DNA of 64,000 nt from Octopus bimaculoides (taxonomy: Eukaryota). The notes under the pieces were generated by a model, which saw only the letters and a program-made list of their open reading frames with translations, searched no databases and was not told where the DNA came from. A program made the position numbers and the translations under genes. The number at the start of each line of letters is the position of its first letter. Within the stretch, counting starts at the first letter, position 1. Where the stretch lies: the NCBI RefSeq assembly GCF_001194135.2, contig NC_068994.1, positions 38,189,941-38,253,940 on the forward strand, read 5' to 3'. Below, piece after piece: positions 1 through 11,340 of the stretch.

Positions 1-86
1 ATGGAGAAGCAACTCAATGCTAATCCTTGTATATTTATGATGATAAATGGTTTTACCGATAAAGGTTTTTTCATACTGAACTACTT

Positions 87-137
87 GGCAAAATTGTTAA
101 TTATTAATTCTATTATTAATTGACGATTCCCTGCCCT
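87..137. repeat. 51-bp dispersed repeat, second copy at 59806-59856
   Basis: GGCAAAATTGTTAATTATTAATTCTATTATTAATTGACGATTCCCTGCCCT matches 59806-59856 with 3 mismatches; both copies lie next to (TA)n tracts. Confidence 0.85.
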
Positions 138-143
138 TATTCT

Positions 144-145
<2 letters not shown>

Positions 146-182
<37 letters not shown>

Positions 183-343
183 ACACACGCATATATACAT
201 GATGGATTAGGTGGCCAAGAGTTTGAAGTCACTGTCAACAACATACTTGTAAAAGAATAATTAATTTGTACCCTACAAAAGTATAGAATAACCTATCAGA
301 TTAATGTAAAATGGTTTTATTGTAACTGAGCATAAAAACAAAA

Positions 344-380
<37 letters not shown>
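146..380. repeat. (TA)n at 146-178 and (GATA)n at 345-380 microsatellites
   Basis: Directly visible. Confidence 0.95.
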
Positions 381-624
381 CACATATATACACATACATA
401 ACCACATACATACATGCATGTACATGTACGTATATGGATGTGTACAATATTTTCTTAAGTGAATATAATACAACCTCTAACATAAAGGGATATCAGTTTT
501 TGTACCCCAAAATCAGAAATAAATTTCATCCCCTTATCTTTTTATGTTTACTTTTGAATATAATGTTATTTCACTGAATTTACACCCCAATCTTTTGTAT
601 TCAATCTCTAGCTCTATACTTAAA

Positions 625-745
625 TAAGTATGATGTGTGTGTGTGTGTGTGTTTGTCCCCAACCATCACTTAACAGCCAGTCTTGTTTATGTCCCTATAA
701 CTTAGTTGTTCAGCAAAAGAGACCAATAGAATAAGGGGTCAATTG
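625..745 (+). mobile_element. SINE family A, 3' body fragment
   Basis: GTTTGTCCCC...ATAACTTAG..CAGCAAAAGAGACCAATAGAATAAG shared with full copies at 35227-35650 and 50898-51303. Confidence 0.8.
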
Positions 746-814
746 TTCAATTTGGGATCAATTTGTTCAACTAAAAAGCCTTCAAGGTGGGGCTCCAGCA
801 AGTCCAATGACAGT

Positions 815-1008
815 NNNNNNNNNNNNNNNNNNNNNNNNNNNNNNNNNNNNNNNNNNNNNNNNNNNNNNNNNNNNNNNNNNNNNNNNNNNNNNNNNNNNNN
901 NNNNNNNNNNNNNNNNNNNNNNNNNNNNNNNNNNNNNNNNNNNNNNNNNNNNNNNNNNNNNNNNNNNNNNNNNNNNNNNNNNNNNNNNNNNNNNNNNNNN
1001 NNNNNNNN
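815..1008. other. Assembly gap (N run). Other gaps: 4141-4868, 6804-6813, 17105-17297, 23625-23634, 36511-36520, 42566-43326, 55402-55411
   Basis: Directly visible. Confidence 1.
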
Positions 1009-1954
1009 CACACATACATACATACTTAGATACACACACACACTCTCTCTCACACACAACTTTTTAATTTTTATATTTAAAATATATTTAGAAACATTAT
1101 TTCAGCGATTCAGAAATGTACATACTTAAAATAAATATCTTCCTGAGTCACATGTACTTGTTACATTAAGAACATATAGCTATTATCTCGGAAAATGGTC
1201 CAGATCTGATAGTAGACGTGATTCTGCTGGAATTAACATTAAAAAAAAAAAAACCATTCAGTTGTATTTGATTTCTGAACAAATACCCTACCATTAAATA
1301 TATTTATCTTGCTAGTATTGAGTTAAGTAAAGCAGAAGGACTTAAGCATACATATGTATCATATAACAAACATGTTAATAATATGGCTTTTATTGTTGAA
1401 ACCTTGAGTCCAGAATCTGTTTTCTTTCTTTACTTTCTTTATCTTTTTGTTTTTGCTTTGATTCTTTTATTAAGGCTTAAAAGAGGTTTCTACTAGAATA
1501 GAATTTTATATTTTGGCAGCATTTTAAAATTTATTTACCTTTAAAAACTTACTTCAGTTGTTTAATCAAGTGGACTGCCAAGTCATGAATAAGTTGGTAG
1601 GTGAGAATTCTATAAACATATATAACCTCAACTCTTACTCCACAGGAACCAAATGTGCTTAATTCTGTGCACATGTACTTGAGACACAGTGAGTGAGTTA
1701 ACTCATTTGTGATAGTGGGGTACTCTATGGAATTTTTCATAATTCATATGCTGTAATACATACATTATATTTTTACTGGCTAAGAGAAAGAGGTTGCAAG
1801 AACTGAGCTATATCTACACATTAGAACGCAAAAATTTAATCAGTGCAATGAGGGTTAATGTAACTCTGAGGTAAAATTAGCATGACATTCTGTGTAACAA
1901 AGCCATCTCTTTTGAATTACATGTACAATTCATCTCACAGCTTTCCAAAAAGTA

Positions 1955-2103
1955 TTTTTCTAACCAGTCCTACTCCCAATGAGTAAATCAACCGGAGGCT
2001 ATATTGAAGGACATTGATTTGCTCAAGATGTCACATAGTGGAATCAAAACAGAACCATGTAATTGGAAAATGTATTTTGCAACCACTCAGTCATACCTGC
2101 ACC
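1955..2103 (-). mobile_element. SINE family A head and core, decayed
   Basis: GGCTATATTGAAGGACA..CTCAAGATGTCACATAGTGGAATC..AACCACTCAGTCATACCTGCACC is the reverse of the family A head. Confidence 0.6.
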
Positions 2104-2204
2104 CATGGTTACCATAGCAGAATTATAGGCCCATAAGCAAAGAAATGCATGAGGTCCTATTACTTACTTACATAAACCCTCTGCTTCCTATGAAGCAGAA
2201 CAGG

Positions 2205-2470
2205 TAAAGGTAAAGATCCCCTTTGGTCATGCATGACCATGGGATTGCATTTAGAAAGTTCCCTTCCAAATCCCAAGTCAGGGTTAGGTGGTTTATAGAA
2301 GACCAGCAGTCACCCATGCATACTGGCCTCCACTCTCCATGCCACCAGTGTTATCCAAGGGAAAGGCAAAGGCTGATACAGCTTGGCACCAGTGAGGTCA
2401 CAACTCATTTCTACAAATGAATGAACTGGAACAACCTGAAATAGTATCTTGTTCAAGAACACAGCACACA
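2205..2470 (-). mobile_element. SINE family C (tRNA-head group), body variant 1
   Basis: Reverse complement aligns along 48680-48930 (GAAATGAGTT, CCTTTGCCTTT..CCTTGGATAACA, AACTTTCTA..TGCAATCCCATGG). Confidence 0.8.
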
Positions 2471-3239
2471 GCCCCTCTATGAGTCGAAGCAGAACATCAA
2501 TAACTTTTCTCCACAGTTCTCAACACTAAGATGTTTCCTCGATTAAAGGCCTTGTCCTGTCAGGTCTTGTTAGTTTTGAGTTGTTGTCAAGGATTCTGTA
2601 ACTTTGCTTTATTCTGGGAATAGGTCTTGGCTCTAAAACAAATTCATTTTCTTCTCTGGGAAGAAGTGGTCCATATTATTCTTGCCTCTATCCTGTGACC
2701 TGTTGAGCATGGGAGGTCTTACCATCTGTTTGCTAGTATAGCTCCCAGGGTTACTGAGGTACACAAGGTACCACACTACAAGGACGGGGTCTGGTAGTGG
2801 ATGAGAGCCTAAAGCATTTATTTATTGATAGCAAGGCATAGATTACAAAGATTAGCGTTGGATTCATGAGCTGTACAGTTATCTGCCCAGCGTGTGTGTG
2901 TGCTTGCTTTATGATAGCACTGTTCTAGCTGCCCTACAATCACCTATGTATAGATATCAATATTTACAACTTAGAATTGAGCAAAACCTCAAATGTAATA
3001 CACACACATATATACATAGAAAGCTAGGATGAAATACATCAACATATGCAATATCATGTACATATATAGAAAGAGTTATTGAATTAGCTTCATCTCTATA
3101 AAAACAAAATATATGGATACTTGCATTAAAACACTCCCAAAATACACATTTGTTTAAGCAGCCATGCACACATAAAAAGATAGATACTTACAGAAAGCCT
3201 CATATACTCAATAACATTGCATTAATTTAAACATAAATA

Positions 3240-3380
3240 CATATGTATATTTATGTGTGTGTGTATGCATACATATATATAATGCACACACACACACACA
3301 CTTATATATATATATACACATATATATGTAGACATATAATTGTATATATATATTTATATACACACACAGAGAAACACATG

Positions 3381-3426
<46 letters not shown>

Positions 3427-3918
3427 GTGTGTGTGTTTGTGGGCATAATGTAGTCTTATGATTACATTTAGAGATTGCTATTTACAGACTGTGTACATTC
3501 ATGCACACCCATTTCTTGTGGGTACACACATACATGCACATGCACACAAAAATACACTTTCATTTACTTGCAAAACAGATTCATATACTTGTTCATACAA
3601 AAGCAACGTACATACATATAATGTACATGCGCACATGTAGTCATACATCAGATACACATCTACATGTCAATACAATCTGAAATATTTAGTAATGCATATA
3701 CAAAAAATAGATAATACCTTCATACCATAAATACTGTCAAATAGGTATACACACATGGCTACAGAACACACAGATACCAGATATATATACATGCAAAAGT
3801 ATATATATATTCACACACATATATGCATTCATACATACAAATGAACAAAAATATATGTACATATAAGCATATATAACCCTACATATACACATAAATGCAC
3901 ACACATACACATAGATGT

Positions 3919-3964
<46 letters not shown>

Positions 3965-4118
3965 TCACACATACACACAAATATGCATGCATACATATGC
4001 ATATACTATGTAAATATACATACATAGACACATTCACTTATACATACATGCCTAAATGCATGCACATATGCACACATATATACTTGTATGAATGCATAAA
4101 CACATACATGTATATATA
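3240..4118. repeat. Compound (TA)n/(CA)n/(TACA)n microsatellite field
   Basis: Directly visible. Confidence 0.9.
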
Positions 4119-5194
4119 GGTGCAGGAGTGGCTGTGTGGTNNNNNNNNNNNNNNNNNNNNNNNNNNNNNNNNNNNNNNNNNNNNNNNNNNNNNNNNNNNN
4201 NNNNNNNNNNNNNNNNNNNNNNNNNNNNNNNNNNNNNNNNNNNNNNNNNNNNNNNNNNNNNNNNNNNNNNNNNNNNNNNNNNNNNNNNNNNNNNNNNNNN
4301 NNNNNNNNNNNNNNNNNNNNNNNNNNNNNNNNNNNNNNNNNNNNNNNNNNNNNNNNNNNNNNNNNNNNNNNNNNNNNNNNNNNNNNNNNNNNNNNNNNNN
4401 NNNNNNNNNNNNNNNNNNNNNNNNNNNNNNNNNNNNNNNNNNNNNNNNNNNNNNNNNNNNNNNNNNNNNNNNNNNNNNNNNNNNNNNNNNNNNNNNNNNN
4501 NNNNNNNNNNNNNNNNNNNNNNNNNNNNNNNNNNNNNNNNNNNNNNNNNNNNNNNNNNNNNNNNNNNNNNNNNNNNNNNNNNNNNNNNNNNNNNNNNNNN
4601 NNNNNNNNNNNNNNNNNNNNNNNNNNNNNNNNNNNNNNNNNNNNNNNNNNNNNNNNNNNNNNNNNNNNNNNNNNNNNNNNNNNNNNNNNNNNNNNNNNNN
4701 NNNNNNNNNNNNNNNNNNNNNNNNNNNNNNNNNNNNNNNNNNNNNNNNNNNNNNNNNNNNNNNNNNNNNNNNNNNNNNNNNNNNNNNNNNNNNNNNNNNN
4801 NNNNNNNNNNNNNNNNNNNNNNNNNNNNNNNNNNNNNNNNNNNNNNNNNNNNNNNNNNNNNNNNNNNNACTCACAATAATAAATAGGTACACAGAGTCAC
4901 ACATACAATGTATATACATGAATGCTTTCTCCTCTCCGTACACCACTTGTATCCCTTTTACACACAGACAGACATGCAGACATTAACGTCAGTGGTTGTT
5001 TGTGTTTCCCTGAAGACAAAAGTCTGCTGAGAAAATGTCAAACTCCTTTGAGTTGCTGCTGTTATCACTATCATTGGTGTCATTATCAGTATTATTGATA
5101 TTATTATTGTTGTTGTCATCATTATTATGGTTTCTATTGTTGTTGTTGTTGTAGAGGTCATTATTGTTAAGCTATTGTTGTTTTCAGTTGTGTT

Positions 5195-5400
5195 TGTTTG
5201 TTCATGGACGAGATATCTCAAGAACTACTGGATGGATTGGGATGAAACTTTCAGGGATGTTTGGTTTTATAACCGGCATGAACTGATTAGATTTTGGGAT
5301 CGATCCATTACCGGACAAGGATTCTGGATTATTTTTCCAGTTTTTTCACTTAATTTTTTGAGAGTGGTCAGGTTCATTTTTAATATTCTCAGTTGTGAGA
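5195..5400. mobile_element. Possible non-autonomous Helentron/DINE-1-like fragment
   Basis: GATATCTCAAGAACTACTGGATGGATTGGGATGAAACTTTCAGG..GATTAGATTTTGGG resembles DINE-1/HINE-type cores recalled from other invertebrates; single copy here, no termini seen. Confidence 0.35.
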
Positions 5401-5436
5401 GCAGTCGAGTTTGTTATTATTGATATTATTATTGCT

Positions 5437-5690
5437 CAGTTCTATATTTAAGAGATGAGGAATTATTTACATTATTTAAGGTTCCGAGTTTGATTCACGG
5501 CAGCGACCTGATTAATAATAGTAATAATAATAATAATATAATAATAGTAACATCGTTAGGAATGAGAACCCAGGTTCGAAATTTCCCCAAGACACCTGAC
5601 GAAGGCTGGAGGGTATATCAGCCGAAACGTTGTGTCGACAACAAACAAGATGAGGACAAATATCCATCAAATGTAAATAATGTAAATAAT
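5437..5690 (+). mobile_element. tRNA-headed element with PLE-type tail, 5'-truncated copy with inverted 3' end at 5437-5478
   Basis: Colinear with 41281-41659; keeps the B-box region, (AAT)n, the hammerhead motif and the AATGTAAATAAT end. Confidence 0.9.
5591..5636 (+). ncRNA. Minimal type I hammerhead ribozyme motif (PLE-type)
   Basis: Stem I GACAC/GTGTC; core CTGACGA plus one extra A; stem II GGCTG/CAGCC with 10-nt loop; GAAA; palindromic ACGT stem III; putative GUU cleavage triplet. Confidence 0.7.
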
Positions 5691-5974
5691 AAATTATTAT
5701 TGTTGTTGTCATCATTATTATGGTTTCTATTGCAGTTGTTGTTGTGGTGGTCATTGTTGTTAAGTTATTATTGCAATTGTTTTGCTATTGTTTTTGCTTT
5801 TGTCATCATTGTTTTTATACCGAGTACTGTTGTGTTGTTGTTGTCAATGTGATTAGAGCGGTTTCGCTTTGGTTATTGTATTTGTTATTGTTGTCATCAA
5901 TATTATTATAGTTTATTATTTTTGTCATTGCTATTATAGTTATTATTTTAGTTGTTATTGTTGCTATAACTATA

Positions 5975-6200
5975 GCCTACTTAGATTTTAGCTTTAACTT
6001 GTTTCAGACATTGGACTGTGACTAAGCTGGGGCACTGCCTTGAAGGATTTTAGTTGAACAGAACAATCCCAGTTCTTCCTTTGTTATTTTAAAGCCTTGA
6101 ACTTATTCTATTAGACTCTTTTGCCAAACTACTAAGTTAGTGGGACATAAGGAAACCAACACCAGTTGTTAAGTGCTGTGTGTGTAGGGCAAACACAAAG

Positions 6201-6208
<8 letters not shown>
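5975..6208 (-). mobile_element. SINE family A 3' half; probable matching head at 8140-8312
   Basis: Reverse of the family A body and tail (CTTGTTTCAG, CTTATTCTATT..CTCTTTTGCC, CTAAGTTA, CAAACAC). Confidence 0.8.
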
Positions 6209-6288
<80 letters not shown>

Positions 6289-6292
6289 GTAT

Positions 6293-6745
6293 CAGTCAGG
6301 AGTTCATATATCTGGAAAAAAAAAAGCACACTCTAAAACATTAGAGCAGTAATATTCAGAAGGTTGTTTGTTATGATCGGTCAGAGAATGACCACTGGTT
6401 TCACTCCTATAAGGTACTTGTGTGAAACCAATGAGCGGTCTCTGACTGGCCATTAAACAATGTTCTAAATATTTATTTACAAGAATATAAATGTACGTAT
6501 GTATGTGTGTAGTTGATAGCCAATGGCAAAGGAGATAATCCCTTTTAGTTACCTTTGTACCTTTTCCCTTTCTATATTTTGAAGAGGTCTTAGGCCAACA
6601 GATTTTTGGGTCTGATGATACACCATAACGCTAAACCCTTCAGGGACAGGAAACCCAGGGTAATTTCATAAACCGGGCTTCTCCACTTTTAATATATACT
6701 GCTCTACATCTTAGGGCTGTACTTCTCTGGATTTATGTTTTCTAC
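6293..6745. mobile_element. PLE terminal-repeat relic, inverted plus direct arrangement, inside (TA)n
   Basis: The motif AGCACACTCTAAAACATTAGAGCAG near 6326 recurs inverted near 6690-6745, and also at about 18460 and 31620; degenerate hammerhead CTGATGA 6612-6618 ... GAAACCCAGGGTA 6650-6662. Confidence 0.65.
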
Positions 6746-6746
6746 T

Positions 6747-6786
<40 letters not shown>

Positions 6787-6827
6787 TCTCACACACACAT
6801 ATANNNNNNNNNNATACATATATACAT

Positions 6828-6866
<39 letters not shown>

Positions 6867-6868
6867 CA

Positions 6869-8105
6869 CAGGGTGTGGACAGTATTTGAGGACACGTATC
6901 TTTAGTCATTATTTTATTTGACTAACTTTTATTGAGCTTCTATTTTAGAAAATAACAATGACAAACCTTATGCTTACTAATGAAATGAAAAGGCATGCTG
7001 TGATTGTGGTGATTTAGAAATTTCTCGTTTTCTGAAAGTTGCAAGCTCTTCTGTCCACAGGATTCGGTGTGAGTTAGAGAAAGAGAATGGAAGCGTATTA
7101 CCTGTGTCAAAACGTACAAAACATTCCAAATGCCCTGATTCTATCAGGACACCTGAATTTATTCAGGAAATTAAGCAAAACATTGAAGACAATCCAGGAA
7201 AATCAATGAGGTCAATTGCAAAAACATTTCATGTGTCAGAAAAAACAATCAGAAATGTGCATGAGACATCAGATACAAATCTTATGTGATGAGGAGAGGT
7301 AAATTCATGCCAGAAAGAAACAAAAGAAAACCATTTAATCAGATTCAAAAGACTTTTGAATAAACTTAAAAATCCATCAGAAGATGGTGTGATTTGGTTT
7401 TTCTCAGATGAGAAAAACTTTGACCAGGACCAGAAAACTAACAGAAGAAATGACAGATGGCTATGTGCAGACCCTTCTGAGGTTCCACAAGTAACGCACA
7501 CAAAATTTCCTGCAAGTGTCATGGTTTTGGGTGTTGTCAACAATGACAGACATGTGATGCTTCCTCACTTTTTTTCACAAGGCCTTAGGATGAATACTGC
7601 TGCACATATTGAGGTTCTAGATTAAATTGTTAAGCCTTGGATCAACTGTGTATGCAATGGAAGGCCTTATGTCTTTCAACAAGATTCTGCACCATCACAC
7701 AAAGCTCAAATGACACAAGAACAGATGGCCGGCAATTTGCATGATCACATCACCCCGACATTTGGCCTCCTAATTCTCCAAATCTCAATACACTGGACTA
7801 CTATGTATGAAGCATCATTGAGAAAAATGTCAATGAACACCTCCACAGCACCAAAATTTTGTGAAAGCTGCCATAGATCGAGTCATGCCTGATATGGACA
7901 AGGACCACTTAATCCAGGCTTGTAAATGATTTTGACCCCCGTGTAGAGGCAGTTATTGATGCTTATGGTGGTTTTATTGAATGAAATTATTAAATTGATT
8001 ATTTAGCTTTATGTTTATCTTATTTTTATAAAAATGCAGTTTTTTCTGTTATCATATAAGCGTTTTATTAAAACCATAAATCTGTCCTCAAATACTATTC
8101 ACCCT
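6869..8105 (+). mobile_element. Tc1/mariner DD37D (maT-like) transposon, near full length
   Basis: Left TIR CAGGGTGTGGACAGTATTTGAGGACAC, degenerate right TIR TGTCCTCAAATACTATTCACCCT; transposase relic inside. Confidence 0.9.
6985..7984 (+). pseudogene. DD37D transposase pseudogene with stops and frameshifts
   Basis: Motifs WFFSDEKNF, FQQDSAPSH, WPPNSPNLNTLDYYV and C-terminal RVEAVIDAYGGFIE*; 37 residues between the 2nd and 3rd Asp after correcting one frameshift. Confidence 0.9.
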
Positions 8106-8118
8106 CTCTCTCTCGTTC

Positions 8119-8139
<21 letters not shown>

Positions 8140-8154
<15 letters not shown>

Positions 8155-8312
8155 TGACAGGCTTTCACATATTTTCCCTCTACTAAATTCACTCATAAGA
8201 TTTTTGTCAGCTCAGAGCCAGGGTATAAGACACCCAAGGTGTCACACAGTCAGACTGAACCCAAAACTACGTTTGCAATGAGAAGTTCTTCACCACACAG
8301 CCATGCCTGCAT
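8140..8312 (-). mobile_element. SINE family A head and core
   Basis: GACAGGCTTTCAC...CCCAAGGTGTCACACAGTCAGACTGAACCC...CCACACAGCCATGCCTGCA. Confidence 0.8.
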
Positions 8313-8374
8313 CTAATCATTATAATTTTTGCTATTATTATTGTAGTTGTTGTTGGTGTCATTATCATAGCTAT

Positions 8375-8530
8375 TGCCTGTTCTGAGTTCAAATCCTGCT
8401 GTGGTCGATTTTGCCTTTTTATCTTTATGGGGTCAATAAAGCAAGTATCAGTTGAATACTGGTGTTGATGTAATCGACTTAAACCTTCCTTTAACTTGCT
8501 GGTCTTGTAGCAAAATTTGAAACCACTATT
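8375..8530 (+). mobile_element. SINE family B partial. Other partial copies: 13680-13825 (+), 21600-21780 (-), 23045-23270 (-), 23690-23870 (-), 31165-31350 (-), 34755-34930 (-), 39015-39150 (+), 50070-50230 (+), 50755-50870 (-), 62260-62405 (-), 63805-64000 (-)
   Basis: TTCTGAGTTCAAAT..GTCGATTTTGCCTTT..GGGGTCAATAAA..GTACCAG..ACTGGGGTC, shared with 25932-26150 and 39424-39630. Confidence 0.75.
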
Positions 8531-8779
8531 ATAGCTGTTGCAGTTGCTGCCGTTGTTGTTGTTGATGTTGTTGTAACCGTTGGTTTTGAGCTTGTTTTCC
8601 ATCTTGACGTCATCTCATAGTTATTATAGTTCCTTTTGGTTTTGTTTTTATTGCCCCTCCCCTCTTCCATCAGCCTGAAGTCTCCTCCATACAACAGAGA
8701 TGTTTCGGATCGGGGCCACCAAACAGAGAAATGTCACAACTTATGTCAACAAAGGAGAAATTAATTGTGGTAATTACTG

Positions 8780-8841
8780 GTTAGACTTACTGTGTGTGTG
8801 TGTGTGCTTGTGTATGTGTGTAGGTGTGTTTTTTATGTGTA

Positions 8842-8876
<35 letters not shown>

Positions 8877-9590
8877 ATCTGTGTGAGTGTGTGTGTTTGT
8901 ATTTACATATATAGTTGTGAGTGTGTGTCAATGTGTGTATGTGTGTATATGTGTTTGCATGTGTAAGAGTATTTGTCAATGTCAGTGAGTATCTGTGTAT
9001 GTGTGCATATGTGTGTGAGTATGCTCATTTGTGCATGTGACCTGGCTTTTTTGTGTGTATGTGCATATGTGTGCTTATGTGTGTATTTGTGTGTGTGTGG
9101 TGGTATGCAAGTACTTGTATTTTGTGTGAATGTATATGTACGTGCATGTGTGAGTGTGTGTGTAGGACATGTTTTTTGTTCGTTGTGTGAAATTTTTGTC
9201 CTTGGTTGTGTATTGGGTGTATGTGTGTGTGTATGAGTATGTATGTGTGTGCAGGTGTGTATTTTTGAGTGTGTATTTAATATTTGTATTTGTGTGCATG
9301 CATGGTGGTACTTGCTATATGCATATATGTGTATGCATTCAAATATGTGTGTGTAAGCGAGTCTGGATTTGTATGTATCACTGTGTTTCTGTGTGTGATT
9401 GTGCACGCATTAACTGTTTGAGTTTGTATGTGTGTGTGTGTGTATGTGTTTGTTTCTGTATGTGAGTGAGTATTTCAATGTGTATTTGTATGTGCTTGTG
9501 TTTGTTTATATGTGTTATGTGTGTATATTTGCCAAGGTACTTGTGTGTATACGACTGTGTATATGAGTATATATGTATGTACATGTATCA
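8780..9590. repeat. Degenerate (TG)n-rich field
   Basis: Directly visible. Confidence 0.9.
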
Positions 9591-10010
9591 TTTTCATCAT
9601 TTAACCTCCATTTTCTTGTTGACATGGTTTGAACGGTTTGACAGGAGCTGGCCAGCCAAGGAGCTGTCCAAACTCCAGTTGTCTGCTGTGGCATGGTTTC
9701 TATGGCCTGATGACCATCTTAATGCCAACCACTTTACATAGTGTGCTGGTTGCTCTTTAGGTGCCACTGGCATGGGCATATTTACACAACACCTGCATGA
9801 GTGCATTTTATGTGGCTCCAGTACCTGTCAAGGACAAGCCTGTATGTATTGATGACACCAATTTTACTTAGCTTGACACATCTTCTCAAGTACAGCAAAT
9901 TGCCACAACTCCTAGTCCCTTGTCATTTCCCCAATAAGGCCCAGCATCCAAAGATCCCTTCTTACCACTTCATTCCGCATCTTCCTTGGTCTACCTCTTC
10001 CATAGGTTCC

Positions 10011-10015
<5 letters not shown>
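9590..10015 (-). mobile_element. RTE-clade LINE 3' fragment (ORF2 C-terminus plus 3' UTR)
   Basis: Minus strand reads EGTYGRGRPRKMRNEVVRRDLWMLGL, homologous to 45730-45880; shares the family 3' tail. Confidence 0.8.
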
Positions 10016-10055
<40 letters not shown>

Positions 10056-10249
10056 GAAACATTCAAACACTGAGATTTGAAGTTAGATGTCATTACTGTT
10101 CATATCATCGGTGGATAAATTCTAAATTTGATGATATCACCAGTAGCGGCATGGGTGGAACGCAGTTATAATAGCTTTAAACAGCTATGAATTATAAATT
10201 TGCACGAAGCATAATGATGCTTAATAAGCATCTACCTGCTAGAAATAAG

Positions 10250-10375
10250 AGCTAAGTCTTAAATTAATCCACCGTAGCACACCAATATAACAGAGAAAAA
10301 CAGAAAGAATTAAAACATTTAACAGCACAAATAAAAATATCATGCAATTAGGGATATCCACAAACCAGGTTTCGG

Positions 10376-10378
<3 letters not shown>
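10250..10378 (-). mobile_element. Possible PLE terminal-repeat fragment abutting (TA)n
   Basis: Minus strand GCCGAAACCTGGTTTGTGG resembles the 3' half of a PLE hammerhead; the 5' half is absent. Confidence 0.35.
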
Positions 10379-10407
<29 letters not shown>

Positions 10408-11244
10408 CCCATTGAAATACATATAAATTTACTTCTTGTTTCTCTAAGAACAGACATAAACTTCCTGTTGACAAAGAGTCCAGAACTCCAACTAAAGAGT
10501 ATAATACCCACAGAATTATCTTCCCTTACACACACTTCCTGTTTTGACACCACACTTCCTGTTTAACACATAAACTCTCAGCCTTTTTTTAACACAACTT
10601 GATTCTTAATTCCATGCATCCTAATCTATCTAACAATTATCTACATGGATTACCATTGAACTTTAAAAACTCAAAGACAATATAATATATTGGTATATTT
10701 ATTTTTTTATATATTTTTATATTTTTGTAAAAAACATGATTTTCATTTCCCCTCTTCTTGAAAATTTGCCATGCAATGAAAGCCAGTTAGAAATCATTTT
10801 TAATCCTCCTTATGCACATCTATATTAAAATAGGCTTTCAGTTTAGCATTCTGCCTAATTATTATTATCATCTTATATATATATGTATGTATGTATATAT
10901 ATTAATAATTTTTAGAGAAGAACCACCAACATGCAATTCAAACAATGAAGGAGATCAGATACCATCAAGAAAAGCATACTCTTCAAAATACTAATTAAAA
11001 AATTTTTTTAAATCCAAAAGAAAATTTATAATCCATAAAATCTATAAAATATAAGATTAAAAATTTAATTCAGTTTAGTAAATTTATAAAAACGGAAGTG
11101 AATAATAGACTACACGCATTTCGTGGCCGCATAAAAGTGGAAAAGATCTGGGCAATTTACAATAAATCAATCAAGTTCCACTCAGAATGAGGATACTCTT
11201 CAGGTCTTGTAACTTCAAAAAATGTATCCTAATATTTAAAAAGG

Positions 11245-11340
11245 CAATAAAATAAATAGGAAAAAATGCAATAAAATAAATAGGAAGAAATGCAATAAAA
11301 TAAATAGGAAAAAATGCAATAAAAAAAAATAGGAAAAATT
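11245..11340. repeat. 24-bp minisatellite, about 4 copies
   Basis: (GCAATAAAATAAATAGGAAAAAAT)n. Confidence 0.9.

Noticed and set aside
11100-11215. Hammerhead-like CTGAAGA on the minus strand (also near 15145)
   Set aside because: No correctly placed GAAA or stems could be built.
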